64,000 nt of DNA from Gammaproteobacteria bacterium. GTDB taxonomy: Bacteria > Pseudomonadota > Gammaproteobacteria > Ga0077554 > Ga007554. How positions within the stretch are numbered: position 1 is the stretch's first letter; each line of letters starts with the position of its first letter. Under the pieces are notes generated by a model. The model did not search any database. It worked only from the letters and a program-made list of their open reading frames with translations, and was not told where the DNA came from. Of this stretch, positions 1 through 11,146 are shown one piece after another. The position numbers and the translations under genes are program-made. The stretch covers positions 202 through 64,201 of the forward strand of contig JAHFRW010000003.1 of the NCBI GenBank assembly GCA_023266055.1. Reading direction: 5' to 3'.

Positions 1-194
1 TATTGGTTGGTGAGGGAGTTGGGGGAGCGGCATTATTTTGAGATGCCAGCCCTGTTGATGGTGTAAGTGCTAATCCAGTTTGCATAGGGCGCAATCGTTA
101 TTGCGCCGCATGAAAATATAAAGCATTCGATGCAATGCACTTTGTTTATTGAGCCCCTGTGTCATTACCTTCATTATTCGAATGAAGGTGGTCA

Positions 195-515
195 TTAATC
201 CCAGCGATTATCCTGCACCTGTATTTCATTACCTTGCACGCGCACGGGAAAGATGGTGGTGGCTTCATAGGCCGGGGGGGTTAATGCCGTGCCGGTTTTA
301 ATGCAGAAGCGTGCACCGTGGCGTGGACAAATAATTTCGCCGCATTCGATTTTGCCGCCCGTGAGCAGCCCACCATCGTGGGTACATACGTCTTCAATCG
401 CGTAGTAGTCACCGTCAAGATGAAATATGGCAATTAACGTGCCGTCGATATCAACGATTTTAGGGGCGCCAGGGGTGATTTCACCCACGCTGGCAACGGT
501 AATCCAGTCAGCCAT
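195..515 (-). CDS. Rieske (2Fe-2S) domain ferredoxin-like protein, distal gene of suf operon
   Basis: 106 aa; CTHDGG...CPRHGARF = CxH...CxxH Rieske cluster ligands; co-oriented immediately downstream of nfu/sufU. Confidence 0.8.
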   Translation of the reverse strand: MADWITVASVGEITPGAPKIVDIDGTLIAIFHLDGDYYAIEDVCTHDGGLLTGGKIECGEIICPRHGARFCIKTGTALTPPAYEATTIFPVRVQGNEIQVQDNRWD

Positions 516-629
516 GTCATGTTCCCGGCAATGTTGATGAAGCTCTGATTTATTCCGTGCCTGTCATTTTGAGCACAGGCGACCGCCAGGAGTAGTGGTC
601 GGGAGAACTCCTAGGGGTTTTGGCAAAAC

Positions 630-1187
630 CTATATCGCAATGACTTCAAGATCCGGTTCAATTCTATGTAATACACTTTCAATCGCATTCAGTGTTCCCG
701 CCAATGAGCTGGGGCAGGTGCCACAGGCGCCCTGGTAACGTATGGTGAGCTTGTCACCCATGAGTTCCACGACCTCCAGGCCGCCACCATCCGCAAACAG
801 GGCAGGGCGGATTTGTTGGTCGAGCAGATTGTTGATATCTTCGAGACGTTGCACATCTTCCGGCGCAACGCGCGTCTGGAAAGCACGGGCTTCTTCGGCA
901 TCTTTTGCGACCTGGGGCGCAGGCTCGGCGGCGCGGATCGGTGGGGCGAGATCCATGAGTAATTTGTCCCAGTAGCCCTGGCCATCCTGCGTTACCGTCA
1001 GCCAGCGATCGACATAAAATACATTGGTGATATGTGGCACGGCGAAGAGCGCGGCGGCGAGCGGATCATTGGCGGCCTGCTCGGCATTGTCAAACGAACG
1101 CGCGATGCCCCAGGTGAGCGCTTCTTTGAGTACAAAGCGCATGGCATTGGGGTTGGGTGTTTTTTCAATTTCAGCAATTTTTGGCAT
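630..1187 (-). CDS. Nfu/NifU-like Fe-S cluster carrier (Nfu N-terminal domain + NifU C-terminal CxxC domain)
   Basis: 185 aa; C-terminal GACGTCPSS motif typical of Nfu/NifU C-domain; located in suf operon. Confidence 0.75.
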   Translation of the reverse strand: MPKIAEIEKTPNPNAMRFVLKEALTWGIARSFDNAEQAANDPLAAALFAVPHITNVFYVDRWLTVTQDGQGYWDKLLMDLAPPIRAAEPAPQVAKDAEEARAFQTRVAPEDVQRLEDINNLLDQQIRPALFADGGGLEVVELMGDKLTIRYQGACGTCPSSLAGTLNAIESVLHRIEPDLEVIAI

Positions 1188-1218
1188 AGTGACCTGACGT
1201 TACTTTTAAGTGCATCGC

Positions 1219-1677
1219 CTAAAAATCTTTTTCAGTGGATGTGCTGTTCATTTTCTTGAACGCGGCGTGTAATGTATGCCACGGCAAAATGGCGCATTTT
1301 ATCCGTGAGGGTAATTCACTGACACCTGCGAATACCGTCAGGCGTCCCAGATGGTGTGGTTGTGCATTCACATTCAGCTTGCCCGTTGCCATGTCACGGA
1401 ATTCCTGTATCAAGGTTTCAGCCTCGGCGACGGTTTTACCTTTAATCTGGCCGGTCATCATTGAAGCGGATGCTTTGCAGATGGCACAACTCTGTCCTTC
1501 AAAACTGATACCGGTGATGTATTCATCATCAATTTTCACATGAAGGGTAATGTGATCACCGCATACCGGGTTATGGCCTTCGGCGTGACGGTTAGCATTT
1601 TCAAGCACGCCAAAATTACGCGGCTTTTTATTGTGATCAAGAATCACTTCCTGATAGAGCGCACGTGGATCGTTCAT
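1219..1677 (-). CDS. sufU: SUF system NifU-family Fe-S assembly protein SufU-type scaffold
   Basis: 152 aa; YQEVILDHNKKPRNFG...NPVCGD...GQSCAICKAS motifs of IscU/SufU family; directly downstream of sufS. Confidence 0.8.
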   Translation of the reverse strand: MNDPRALYQEVILDHNKKPRNFGVLENANRHAEGHNPVCGDHITLHVKIDDEYITGISFEGQSCAICKASASMMTGQIKGKTVAEAETLIQEFRDMATGKLNVNAQPHHLGRLTVFAGVSELPSRIKCAILPWHTLHAAFKKMNSTSTEKDF

Positions 1678-1729
1678 ATGAAGCGTCGCGGGTGATTATC
1701 CATAACAGGATGTGCATGAGACATTTTCA

Positions 1730-3013
1730 TCAGGAGAATACCTTTTTCACCGCATGAATTCCTGCAATCAGCGCATCCACTTCTTCAAAGGTGTTATAAA
1801 AGGCAAACGATGCCCGTGCCGTAGCAGGGATGCCAAAACGCTGCATGACCGGTTGCGCGCAATGATGCCCCGCACGTACGGCAATGCCGTCTTGATCAAG
1901 CAGGGTGCCAATGTCGTGTGGATGTATGTCATCCAGAGTAAACGACAACACAGCGGCTTTATGTTGCGCTGTGCCAATAATATTCAAGCCCTGAATGTTG
2001 CGTGCCGCGTGTGTTGCATGTTCCAGCAAGGCGTGTTCATGGGCTGCAATGTTATCCAATCCAACGGCAGTGATATAGTCAATAGCCGCGCCCAGGCCGA
2101 TCCCTGCCGCAATGGCAGGTGTGCCTGCCTCGAACTTGTGCGGTATGTCGTTATAGGTAGTGCATTCAAAGGTGACATTTAATATCATGTCACCACCACC
2201 TTGGTAAGGCTGCATTTTTTCCAGTAACGCGGCTTTGCCATACAGGATGCCCACTCCGGTGGGGCCACACATTTTATGGCTGGAAAATACATAAAAATCA
2301 CAATCCAGCGCCTGCACGTTTACCGCAATGTGTGGTGCGGCTTGTGCGCCATCCAGCAATACTGGCACACCCTGTTGATGCGCGGTGGCGATCATCTCGT
2401 GTACCGGGTTGATAGTGCCGAGTGCATTGGAGACGTGGGTCAAGGCAACAAATTTCGTGCGGGCGTTGAATAGTTTGGCATATTCATCCAGCAGTAACTC
2501 ACCAACATCATTCATGGGAATCACGCGCAGCTTGGCTTTCTTTTCTTCACACAGCATTTGCCACGGTACAATATTGGAATGATGTTCCATGGCAGAGATG
2601 ATGACTTCATCACCTTCGCCAATAAAACGGCGGCCATAGCCGTGCATGATCAGATTGATGCCTTCGGTGGCACCGCGCACAAAGATAATTTCACGGGCTT
2701 CCTGAGCGCCAATAAAATGCATTGCCTTGATGCGAGCATTTTCATATTCGGTCGTTGCCGCTTGACTCAGGGTGTGTACACCTCGGTGTATGTTGGCATG
2801 TTCATGGGCCTGGTAGTGTACCAGACGGTTGATGACTTGTTGCGGCATCTGACTGCTGGCGGCATTGTCCAGGTATACCAGGGGTTTGCCATTAATGCTG
2901 CGCTGCAGGATCGGAAAATCCGCGCGCAGACGTGCGAGGTTGAATGTCGATGACGTGTCAGTCGTGGCAAGTGTCTCTGGAAATGCGGCCTGATTTTTGA
3001 TGTGGGCGTTCAT
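1730..3013 (-). CDS. sufS: cysteine desulfurase SufS (PLP-dependent, class II)
   Basis: 427 aa; SSHKMCGPTGVGILYG PLP-lysine region and RAGHHCAQP active-site Cys loop; 4-bp overlap with sufD. Confidence 0.92.
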   Translation of the reverse strand: MNAHIKNQAAFPETLATTDTSSTFNLARLRADFPILQRSINGKPLVYLDNAASSQMPQQVINRLVHYQAHEHANIHRGVHTLSQAATTEYENARIKAMHFIGAQEAREIIFVRGATEGINLIMHGYGRRFIGEGDEVIISAMEHHSNIVPWQMLCEEKKAKLRVIPMNDVGELLLDEYAKLFNARTKFVALTHVSNALGTINPVHEMIATAHQQGVPVLLDGAQAAPHIAVNVQALDCDFYVFSSHKMCGPTGVGILYGKAALLEKMQPYQGGGDMILNVTFECTTYNDIPHKFEAGTPAIAAGIGLGAAIDYITAVGLDNIAAHEHALLEHATHAARNIQGLNIIGTAQHKAAVLSFTLDDIHPHDIGTLLDQDGIAVRAGHHCAQPVMQRFGIPATARASFAFYNTFEEVDALIAGIHAVKKVFS

Positions 3014-4344
3014 ACCACTTCCCCTACCTGACTGGAAACTTTCTGGCTCAAGCGTTGTTTGAGTGAGTTTACCGGAACCTTGTCAATGATTGCTTCGGCA
3101 AAAGCGTAGATCAGCAGATTACGGGCTGTATTGGCATTCAGGCCACGGCTGTTCAGGTAAAACATTTCTTCAGTTTCAAGCTGGCTAACAGTTGCGCCAT
3201 GTGCGCATTTCACATCATCGGCAAAAATTTCAAGTTGTGGCTTGGTGTCGACACGTCCCTTGTTTGACAGTAGCAGGTTGCGGCTGCTTTGTGTGGAGTG
3301 AGTGTGTTGTGCATCCTTACGGACAAAGATTTTGCCATTGAAAATCGCATGCGCGCCACCATCGACAATGCACTTGTGCAGTTGTGCGCTGTTGCCGTTG
3401 GGTTGAGTGTGATCCATCACGGTGTGCGTGTCGGCCATTTGTCGGCCAGAGATCAATACCAATCCGTTCAATGTGCAGTTTGCACCTTCGGCGTTCTGAA
3501 TGATGTTCAGGTTATAACGCGACAGGCGTGCACCAAAGGTAATGCTGTTCGAGTCATAAACGCTGTTGTGGCTCAGATGTATTGCCGCATGGCCTACATG
3601 GAAAGCCGAAGATGATTCGCGCTGTAAACGCGTGTGCCGTACTATGGCATTTTCGGCGATTACGATTTCTGTGACAGCATTGGTGAAATATGTGGATGCT
3701 GTGCGGGTGGTGGACAGGTGCACATAATCCTCAATGAGGGTGCACTCGCTGCCGGGCTCAGCCACTATCAGGCAGCGTGGAAAGGTGGCTACAGGGGTTG
3801 TGCTTGCAGTACTGACAAACAACACGTGCAAGGGCGTTGCGCAGGCAGTATTTTTGCCGAGTACGACCAATGCACCATCGTGTGCATGGCTGGTATTAAG
3901 CGCCACAAATGCTTCATTCTGGAAGGTGGCATATTGGGCCAGATGCGTACGCAGGGTTTCGCTGGCCAGTCCTGCGGTAAACGTGGTGACTATTACCCCT
4001 TGCGGTAAAGAGGACGATGATAAATGTTGCGCATGGACGCCGTTAACAAACACCAGTCGGCCATGAGTGGCTTCGGGCAGCAGAAACGGTGCGATATCAG
4101 CCGTCGTTAATGTGGCGGCGGCAATGGCCGGGGCAAACGTGGTTTTGCACATCAATGAAAAATCACTGAAACGCCACTCTTCATCACGCGTGGTGGGAAA
4201 GGGTAATGCGCGTACACGTTGCGCCGCATCGGCGCGCAGTGCGGTGAGCCATTCAGGGGTGGCCGTTTGCGCAGTAACGGTGGCTGGCAGCAAACCGGTG
4301 AGGTAACTGTCATGTGATGTAACGGATTGCATGACTGCGCTCAT
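3010..4344 (-). CDS. sufD: Fe-S cluster assembly protein SufD
   Basis: 444 aa between sufC and sufS with overlapping stop/start; SufB/SufD-family C-terminal beta-helix region. Confidence 0.85.
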   Translation of the reverse strand: MSAVMQSVTSHDSYLTGLLPATVTAQTATPEWLTALRADAAQRVRALPFPTTRDEEWRFSDFSLMCKTTFAPAIAAATLTTADIAPFLLPEATHGRLVFVNGVHAQHLSSSSLPQGVIVTTFTAGLASETLRTHLAQYATFQNEAFVALNTSHAHDGALVVLGKNTACATPLHVLFVSTASTTPVATFPRCLIVAEPGSECTLIEDYVHLSTTRTASTYFTNAVTEIVIAENAIVRHTRLQRESSSAFHVGHAAIHLSHNSVYDSNSITFGARLSRYNLNIIQNAEGANCTLNGLVLISGRQMADTHTVMDHTQPNGNSAQLHKCIVDGGAHAIFNGKIFVRKDAQHTHSTQSSRNLLLSNKGRVDTKPQLEIFADDVKCAHGATVSQLETEEMFYLNSRGLNANTARNLLIYAFAEAIIDKVPVNSLKQRLSQKVSSQVGEVV

Positions 4345-5105
4345 GCATGCACCCAGTCGTAGCCGCGCGTTTCAAGCTCCAGTGCCAGTGCCTTGTCGCC
4401 GGTTTTGATAATCTGTCCGCCGCGCATCACATGCACAAAGTCAGGGGCAATGTAATTAAGCAGGCGTTGGTAATGCGTGACCATGATCACGGCATTGTTG
4501 GTGGTCATGAGTTTGTTCACGCCATTTGCCACAATGCGTAACGCGTCAATGTCCAGGCCGGAGTCGGTTTCATCAAGTATGGCCAGTGTGGGATCAAGCA
4601 CAGCCATTTGCAAAATTTCGTTGCGTTTCTTTTCGCCGCCGGAGAAGCCTTCGTTGACGTTGCGATCGAGAAAGCTTGGGTCCATTTCCACGATTTTGGA
4701 TTTTTCACGGATGTAGTCATTGAATTCCAGTGGGTCAAGGTCTTCGCCACCACGTCGTGCCTGCAATGTGTTGTACGCCAGGCGCAAAAAGGCGCTGTTA
4801 CTGACGCCAGGAATTTCAATGGGGTACTGGAAGGCCAGAAATACTCCCGCATGCGCACGTTCTTCCGGAGGCAGTTCCAGCAGATTTTTGCCCTGAAACA
4901 TAACGTCACCGCCGGTGACGGTATAACTGGGATGCCCGGCCAGCACTTTTGAAAGTGTGCTCTTGCCGGAACCATTAGGCCCCATGATGGCGTGTACTTC
5001 GCCTGCACGTACGGTCAGGTTGATGCCCTTGAGGATATCTACACCTGCGACAGAGGCTGAGAGGTTACGTACTTCCAGAATTACTTTGCTGCTACTGCTG
5101 ATCAC
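4341..5105 (-). CDS. sufC: Fe-S cluster assembly ATPase SufC
   Basis: 254 aa; Walker [13 protein letters not shown] signature LSGGEKKR, Walker [11 protein letters not shown]. Confidence 0.93.
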   Translation of the reverse strand: MISSSSKVILEVRNLSASVAGVDILKGINLTVRAGEVHAIMGPNGSGKSTLSKVLAGHPSYTVTGGDVMFQGKNLLELPPEERAHAGVFLAFQYPIEIPGVSNSAFLRLAYNTLQARRGGEDLDPLEFNDYIREKSKIVEMDPSFLDRNVNEGFSGGEKKRNEILQMAVLDPTLAILDETDSGLDIDALRIVANGVNKLMTTNNAVIMVTHYQRLLNYIAPDFVHVMRGGQIIKTGDKALALELETRGYDWVHA

Positions 5106-6538
5106 CCGACACTTCCTTCTAATTTAAGCCCTAGCAATTGTGTTGCCTCAACAGCGAATTCCATTGGCAAGTGATTGAACACTTCCTTGCAGAAACCGTT
5201 GATGATCATGGATACGGCTTCTTCTGCGCCGATGCCGCGACTGGCGAAATAAAACATCTGATCTTCACCGATGCGTGATGTGGATGCCTCGTGTTCTACC
5301 TTGGCAGTGCTGTTGTGCACTTCGATGTAAGGGAAGGTGTTGGCGCCACATGTTGCGCCAATTAACATCGAATCACATTGCGAGTAATTGCGCGCGTCGT
5401 CGGCTTTGGCGCTGACTTTGACCAGGCCACGATAGCTGTTGTTGGATTGCCCTGCGGAAATACCTTTGCTGACAATGCGACTGCGGGTATTTTTGCCGAT
5501 GTGGATCATCTTGGTGCCGGTGTCGGCCTGTTGATGGTGGTTGGTGAGTGCCACGGAATAAAATTCACCAATCGAATTGTCGCCGATCAGCACACAACTT
5601 GGGTATTTCCAGGTGATTGCCGAGCCGGTTTCGACTTGGGTCCAGGAGATTTTGGAGTTCACGCCCTGACATAGACCCCGTTTGGTCACGAAGTTGTAAA
5701 TGCCGCCTACGCCGTTTTCATCGCCGGCGTACCAGTTTTGTACGGTGGAATATTTGATTTCGGCATGGTCGAGCGCGACCAGCTCTACCACGGCCGCATG
5801 TAACTGATTGGTGTCGAAGCGTGGCGCAGTGCAGCCTTCCAGATAGCTCACATAGCTGCCTTCTTCGGCGACAATGAGGGTGCGTTCGAATTGCCCGGAT
5901 TCACCGTTGTTGATGCGGAAGTAGGTGCTCAAATCCATCGGGCAGCGGCAGCCTTTGGGGATGTAACAGAATGAACCGTCAGTGAAGACGGCAGAATTGA
6001 GCGCCGCGTAAAAATTGTCACCGGTGGGCACGACACTGCCGAGGTATTTTTTGACAAGTTCGGGGTGTTGCTTGACGGCCTCGGAGAACGAGCAAAAAAT
6101 CACGCCGACTTCAGCCAGTTTGTCTTTATAGGTGGTGGTTACCGAGACGCTGTCAAAGATGACGTCCACCGCTACATTTGCCAGCGCCTTGCGTTCTGAC
6201 ATGGGTACGCCGAGTTTTTCAAAGGTGCGTAACAGTTCCGGATCTACCTCGTCCATGCTCGCCAGTTTTTTCCTGGGCTTGGGTGCGGAGTAGTAGACCA
6301 TGTCCTGAAAGTCAACCTTCGGGTGCGCGACATTCGCCCATTCGGGGGGGGTAAGTGTCAGCCAATGGCGGTAGGCGTTAAGGCGGAATTCCAGCAGCCA
6401 GTCCGGCTCGTTTTTTTTACTGGAAATCAACCGTATAACGTCTTCGTTCAGGCCCTTGGGGAGGGCGTCGGATTCAATATCCGTGACAAAGCCGTACTCA
6501 TAGGGCCGGTTGATCAACGTTTCCAGCGCTGAGCTCAT
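5102..6538 (-). CDS. sufB: Fe-S cluster assembly scaffold SufB
   Basis: 478 aa; strongly conserved SufB sequence throughout; first gene of operon with 340-bp upstream promoter region. Confidence 0.93.
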   Translation of the reverse strand: MSSALETLINRPYEYGFVTDIESDALPKGLNEDVIRLISSKKNEPDWLLEFRLNAYRHWLTLTPPEWANVAHPKVDFQDMVYYSAPKPRKKLASMDEVDPELLRTFEKLGVPMSERKALANVAVDVIFDSVSVTTTYKDKLAEVGVIFCSFSEAVKQHPELVKKYLGSVVPTGDNFYAALNSAVFTDGSFCYIPKGCRCPMDLSTYFRINNGESGQFERTLIVAEEGSYVSYLEGCTAPRFDTNQLHAAVVELVALDHAEIKYSTVQNWYAGDENGVGGIYNFVTKRGLCQGVNSKISWTQVETGSAITWKYPSCVLIGDNSIGEFYSVALTNHHQQADTGTKMIHIGKNTRSRIVSKGISAGQSNNSYRGLVKVSAKADDARNYSQCDSMLIGATCGANTFPYIEVHNSTAKVEHEASTSRIGEDQMFYFASRGIGAEEAVSMIINGFCKEVFNHLPMEFAVEATQLLGLKLEGSVG

Positions 6539-6877
6539 CGCGGTTCTCCTGTTTCAGGGATGGGGATTATCCTGTGAAACTTAAGATAAATCATGTGGTT
6601 AATTTTATGATGTCCCAGGTTGTCAATGCCAAGAGGTGTTTAAGGTAAAGCCATGATGACTATTTACAAACGACAGCCAAATCAATCTATATTACAATAA
6701 GACCAGGGTTTTTGCTTGTCCGAGGACATCTGCTTTAAAATGATACAAGGCATAATACCATAGTAAAACACTCAGATATTATTTTAGTTAACCTGACCCG
6801 TTTAGTCAAATAGTGTTGTGGGTCGGGGTGGGCAGGATGATGGCTTCAAAGTATAACATGGAAAGGCACATTTAAGA

Positions 6878-7384
6878 TTGATGAATAAGCGTTTTTTGAT
6901 TGGTTGGCTGATGTTGGGGTGTGCCCTGTTGACCCTGTCGGGGTGTGGTTTCCGGCTGCGTGGGGGCAGTGGTGTGGTGTTGGCGATGCCCGCCACTTAT
7001 GTGGCAGGTGATGCCGCCAGTGCCGCATTGCTGTCTGATCTGCGCCGCAGTCTGCGTGATGCGGGTGTGGTGCTGGTGGAGAGGCGAGAGGATGGTCGAG
7101 CAGTGCTCACCGTTACAGGTGAGGAAAAGGGGCGTCGGGTATTATCGGTGGGCAGCGCTGGCACGGTGCAGGAATATGAGTTGCGCTATGCAGTGACTTT
7201 TGCTGTCGCTGATCACGCTGGCCAGGAAATCCTGCCGACACAAACGGTGGAGCGACTGCGCGCGGTGTCCTTCAGCGAAACCCAGGTGCTTGCCAAGGGT
7301 ACCGAGGAAGAATTGCTGTACCGTGATTTGCGCCGTGATGTGGTGCAGAGCGTGGTGCGGCGTTTGAGTGCGGTGGGTAAATGA
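6878..7384 (+). CDS. lptE: LPS-assembly lipoprotein LptE (RlpB)
   Basis: 168 aa; lipobox LTLSGC; followed with 4-bp overlap by holA as in the conserved lptE-holA arrangement. Confidence 0.75.
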   Translation: MMNKRFLIGWLMLGCALLTLSGCGFRLRGGSGVVLAMPATYVAGDAASAALLSDLRRSLRDAGVVLVERREDGRAVLTVTGEEKGRRVLSVGSAGTVQEYELRYAVTFAVADHAGQEILPTQTVERLRAVSFSETQVLAKGTEEELLYRDLRRDVVQSVVRRLSAVGK

Positions 7385-8415
7385 AGCTTAAACCTGATCA
7401 ACTTAAAAGCCATTTAACCAAAGCCCATGCCAGCGGTATGGTGCCAGTTTATCTGGTGAGTGGTGATGAGCCGCTGCAGGTCGGGGAGGCCTGTGATTTG
7501 ATTCGCAGCCATGCCCGCGAACTGGGATACGCCGGGCGTGAGGTGATGCACGTTGATACCGGATTTGACTGGAGTGCGTTGCATGCGGCTGCTAACAGTT
7601 TGTCGCTGTTCAGTGAGCAACGCATTATTGAGCTGCGCCTGCCCACTGGCAAGGCAGGTGATGCCGGTAGCAAGGCATTGGTGGAATATGCACAACGCCC
7701 CGCAGATGACGCTGTGTTGTTGATGATCACCGGCAAGCTTGATAAGGCAGTAATGTCGAGCAAGTGGGTGGGTGCGCTGGATAAGGTGGGGGTGATAGTG
7801 CAGGTGTGGCCTGTTGAAGCACGGCAGTTACCTGCCTGGATCACCCAGCGCATGCGTGTCAGGGGCATGCAGCCAGACACGGAGGGGGTGGCCCTGTTGG
7901 CGGAGCGCGTGGAAGGCAATTTACTTGCGGCTGATCAGGAGATTGAAAAGTTGTTTTTGCTGCACGGTGCGGGGCAGATTAATGCTCGTGCGATTGCCGA
8001 AGCGGTCGTGGTCAGTGCGCGATTTGATGTTTATGGCTTGGTGGACAGTGCATTAGCAGGTGATGGTACGCGGGCGGTGCGGGTGCTGAAGGGTTTGCAG
8101 AGTGAAGGCGTTGAGCCGGTGCTGGTGCTGTGGGCACTGGCACGCGAAATTCGCAGTCTCACGGAAATGGCCTATGAGATACATGCAGGTGCTGCCGTTG
8201 ACCGGGTGATGGCTGCTCACCGGGTGTGGGACGCGCGCAAGTCGCTGATCAAGGGTGGTTTGAAGCGCAATGGCCTGCCGCAATGGCAGGCCATGTTACG
8301 CCACGCCGGTCAGATAGATCGTATCATTAAGGGCGTAACGCCAGGCAATGTCTGGGATGAAATGCTGCAACTGGCATTATTGATGGCAGGGATACCGTTT
8401 CTGGTAAAAGTCTGA
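7381..8415 (+). CDS. holA: DNA polymerase III delta subunit
   Basis: 344 aa; conserved position after lptE; delta-subunit-like N-terminal LVSGDEPL and overall length. Confidence 0.85.
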   Translation: MKLKPDQLKSHLTKAHASGMVPVYLVSGDEPLQVGEACDLIRSHARELGYAGREVMHVDTGFDWSALHAAANSLSLFSEQRIIELRLPTGKAGDAGSKALVEYAQRPADDAVLLMITGKLDKAVMSSKWVGALDKVGVIVQVWPVEARQLPAWITQRMRVRGMQPDTEGVALLAERVEGNLLAADQEIEKLFLLHGAGQINARAIAEAVVVSARFDVYGLVDSALAGDGTRAVRVLKGLQSEGVEPVLVLWALAREIRSLTEMAYEIHAGAAVDRVMAAHRVWDARKSLIKGGLKRNGLPQWQAMLRHAGQIDRIIKGVTPGNVWDEMLQLALLMAGIPFLVKV

Positions 8416-8423
8416 AATCCGGT

Positions 8424-9431
8424 TTATTGCTCGACCAGTTCCACGCGCCGGTTTTTTGCTCGGCCGGTATCGCTGCTGTTGCTTGCCACGGGTGAAATAT
8501 TCGCAGCCCCTTTAGCGGCAAGACGTTTGGCGTCAATCCTGTAGTCTTTAACCAGCGTTGCAACCACCGCCTCCGCACGGCGTTGTGATAGCGTGACGTT
8601 AGCATCGTAGGCACCCTGATTATCAGTGTGGCCCACAATAAATACTTTAAGCGCGGCGTTCTGTTTTAGAAACTTTCCCATCTCGTCCAGTTGTGCCTTG
8701 GATTCAGGTTTGACATCGGATTTGCCCGTATCAAAGAAAATGCCGTATAGCGATATTTTTCCTTCTGTGTTTAACCCCGATGCGATCTTTGCAGCATCAA
8801 ATACGGCAACCTTGCCAGTGTCCATCACTTTGGGTTCGACAATTTGCAGGGCCGTCGAAGCGCGTCCGCCAAAGGTTTTAATATCTGTCGGAATGTCCAT
8901 TGAATAGACGGTGATATAGGTGTCCGCACCCCCACGTGACAGCCGAAAGACTGACAGGCGAAGGTTTCGAGAGAGTGAAGAGAATGCTTCATAAGTTGAA
9001 TGGCCACCGATCTGCTGGTTATACGGTACGACGCCATTCAGCAAGGTTTCTGTGGCGGGGCCACCAGGACTATAGCACCCCCAGTCGTCGACGGAGCAAC
9101 TGTGCATGAGTACGGCGCCTGCCTGTTTGAGCGCGGTTTCGTAGTTGCGTTGTACTTCCAGTGCTGTACGGCCCTTGGGTGATTGGTAATACAGTTCGGT
9201 GAGTTCACCCTCCACGGCAAAATCCCGACGCAGCTTTTTTTTCTGTGCGATGTCATCGGTCAGCATCGTAAAAGGCTTGATTTCGGCATAGGGTACGGCA
9301 TGCCAGGCGATGAGCTGTGAATCGGTATAACGGGAAATCAGCGGATGATCTTTTCCGCCTTTGACATCCTGAGCCTGTGCAATGGCTGCAAAAGCGAACA
9401 ATAACAGGGTGGCGATGGCTCTGACCGACAT
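8424..9431 (-). CDS. OmpA-family periplasmic/outer-membrane protein (unknown N-domain + C-terminal OmpA peptidoglycan-binding domain)
   Basis: signal peptide MSVRAIATLLLFAFAAIAQA (start moved to internal Met of the 9485 ORF); C-terminal GHTDNQG...LSQRRAEAV...NRRVE OmpA_C motif. Confidence 0.75.
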   Translation of the reverse strand: MSVRAIATLLLFAFAAIAQAQDVKGGKDHPLISRYTDSQLIAWHAVPYAEIKPFTMLTDDIAQKKKLRRDFAVEGELTELYYQSPKGRTALEVQRNYETALKQAGAVLMHSCSVDDWGCYSPGGPATETLLNGVVPYNQQIGGHSTYEAFSSLSRNLRLSVFRLSRGGADTYITVYSMDIPTDIKTFGGRASTALQIVEPKVMDTGKVAVFDAAKIASGLNTEGKISLYGIFFDTGKSDVKPESKAQLDEMGKFLKQNAALKVFIVGHTDNQGAYDANVTLSQRRAEAVVATLVKDYRIDAKRLAAKGAANISPVASNSSDTGRAKNRRVELVEQ

Positions 9432-9853
9432 TGTAAGCTCCTGATAGTCTGACGTTGTAATTCTAATGTGGTACGCGCTACCCAAACAGCGGGTGGATTC
9501 TGTTGTATAGTTGTGTAGAAGAAGTGCCCGATTTTAGCAGACATTTTTTACTACTGCCAGATTAGGTGGTGACGTGGGGGATATCGCCTGACGGTGTTCT
9601 TGCATTACCCTGACGGTTGTTTTTATGGGGTCTGGTATTCTGGTATTTTTAAAAACCACCCCGTTTAAAAGAGCTATTGGATGTTATAAAAATATTAAAT
9701 TTCAATGAGCTGTGTTTATCCGTCGTGATTTTGAATGACGTTTTCAGGGTGGAAATGTGCTACTCTATGCGTTTTTATCATGAAAATTATCAGGGTAGGG
9801 CTGTTCACTGTATAAAGTGGTGATGGAATCAATAAAGGAGCGCAAGTGCATTT

Positions 9854-11113
9854 ATGGCGACTATTAAAGATTACATGCTGGAGGTAGGAACACGTGCCAG
9901 GGTGGCGGCGCGCCAGTTAGGTCGTGCCGACACCGGGAGCAAAAATGCCGCGCTGCACGCCATGGCGGATGCGCTGCAAGAGCAGGCACCAGCGTTAATC
10001 AGTGCCAATGCCAGGGATCTACAGGCAGGTAAGGACGGTGGTCTGGACGCCGCCATGCTGGATCGTCTGACGCTCAACGAATCGCGCATTGCGCTGATGG
10101 CCGAAGGCTTGCGGCAAATCGCCGCGCTGGCGGATCCGGTGGGCGAAATCACGGGGTTGAAATATCAGCCCTCCGGCATTCAGGTGGGTCATATGCGGAT
10201 GCCGTTGGGAGTGATTGGCATTATTTATGAGTCACGCCCCAATGTCACGGCGGATTCTGCCGCGTTGTGCCTGAAGTCGGGTAATGCTGCGATTTTGCGT
10301 GGCGGTTCGGAGGCCATTCATTCCAACAAGGCGATTGCCGCCTGTATTCAGCTTGGACTAAGTCGTGCCGGATTACCAGCGGATGCAGTACAGGTGGTTG
10401 AAACGACGGATCGTGCGGCGGTGGGTGAATTGATCCGTCTGCGTGGTTATGTGGATGTCATCGTGCCCCGGGGTGGCAAGGGTTTGATAGAGCGTGTCAG
10501 CAAGGAAGCTCTGGTGCCGGTAATCAAGCATCTGGATGGCATTTGCCATGTCTACATTGATGACAAGGCGGATGTGAGCAAAGCCCTCAAGGTTGCGTAT
10601 AACGCCAAAACACAGCGTTATGGCACGTGTAACACCATGGAAACGTTGCTGGTGGCAGAGCCTATTGCCGCACGTGTGTTGCCTGAGCTGGCCCGCATGT
10701 ATCGTGCGGTGGATGTGGAGTTGCGTGGCTGTGCACGTACCCGCGATATTTTACCGGAATGCAAGGTGGCGACAGAAGAGGACTGGAAGACGGAATATCT
10801 TGCGCCCATTTTATCGATACGTGTGGTGGCCGATCTGGATGAGGCGATAGACCACATTCAGACCTATAGTTCTGCCCATACCGATTCGATTGTTACCGAA
10901 GACTTCACCCGTGCACGGCGTTTTCTGCGTGAAGTAGATTCTGGCTCGGTGATGGTAAATACCTCTACCCGACTGGCGGATGGGTTTGAATATGGTTTGG
11001 GTGCCGAAATCGGTATCAGTAACGACAAGCTGCACGTACGTGGCCCGGTGGGTCTGGAAGGGCTTACCAGCCAGAAATTTGTGGTGCTGGGTGATGGACA
11101 TGTCAGAGGTTAG
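9854..11113 (+). CDS. proA: glutamate-5-semialdehyde dehydrogenase (gamma-glutamyl phosphate reductase)
   Basis: 419 aa; full-length ProA similarity including catalytic Cys region. Confidence 0.92.
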   Translation: MATIKDYMLEVGTRARVAARQLGRADTGSKNAALHAMADALQEQAPALISANARDLQAGKDGGLDAAMLDRLTLNESRIALMAEGLRQIAALADPVGEITGLKYQPSGIQVGHMRMPLGVIGIIYESRPNVTADSAALCLKSGNAAILRGGSEAIHSNKAIAACIQLGLSRAGLPADAVQVVETTDRAAVGELIRLRGYVDVIVPRGGKGLIERVSKEALVPVIKHLDGICHVYIDDKADVSKALKVAYNAKTQRYGTCNTMETLLVAEPIAARVLPELARMYRAVDVELRGCARTRDILPECKVATEEDWKTEYLAPILSIRVVADLDEAIDHIQTYSSAHTDSIVTEDFTRARRFLREVDSGSVMVNTSTRLADGFEYGLGAEIGISNDKLHVRGPVGLEGLTSQKFVVLGDGHVRG

Positions 11114-11146
11114 GGCGTAGATGATGGGCGGAGTATCCCCGCACGC

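Noticed and set aside
88-107. 8-bp-stem hairpin GGCGCAAT-CGTT-ATTGCGCC downstream of the Rieske gene as a terminator
   Set aside because: Plausible but short and not followed by a U-tract on the transcribed strand. Too weak to list as a feature.
7449-7919. 156-aa ORF antisense to holA, and similar long antisense ORFs inside proA (10811-11302), yccA (47238-47699), thiC (58900-59556), pcm (61298-61813), sufC (4517-5008)
   Set aside because: All lie entirely within strongly supported genes on the other strand and have biased composition. Treated as non-coding shadows.
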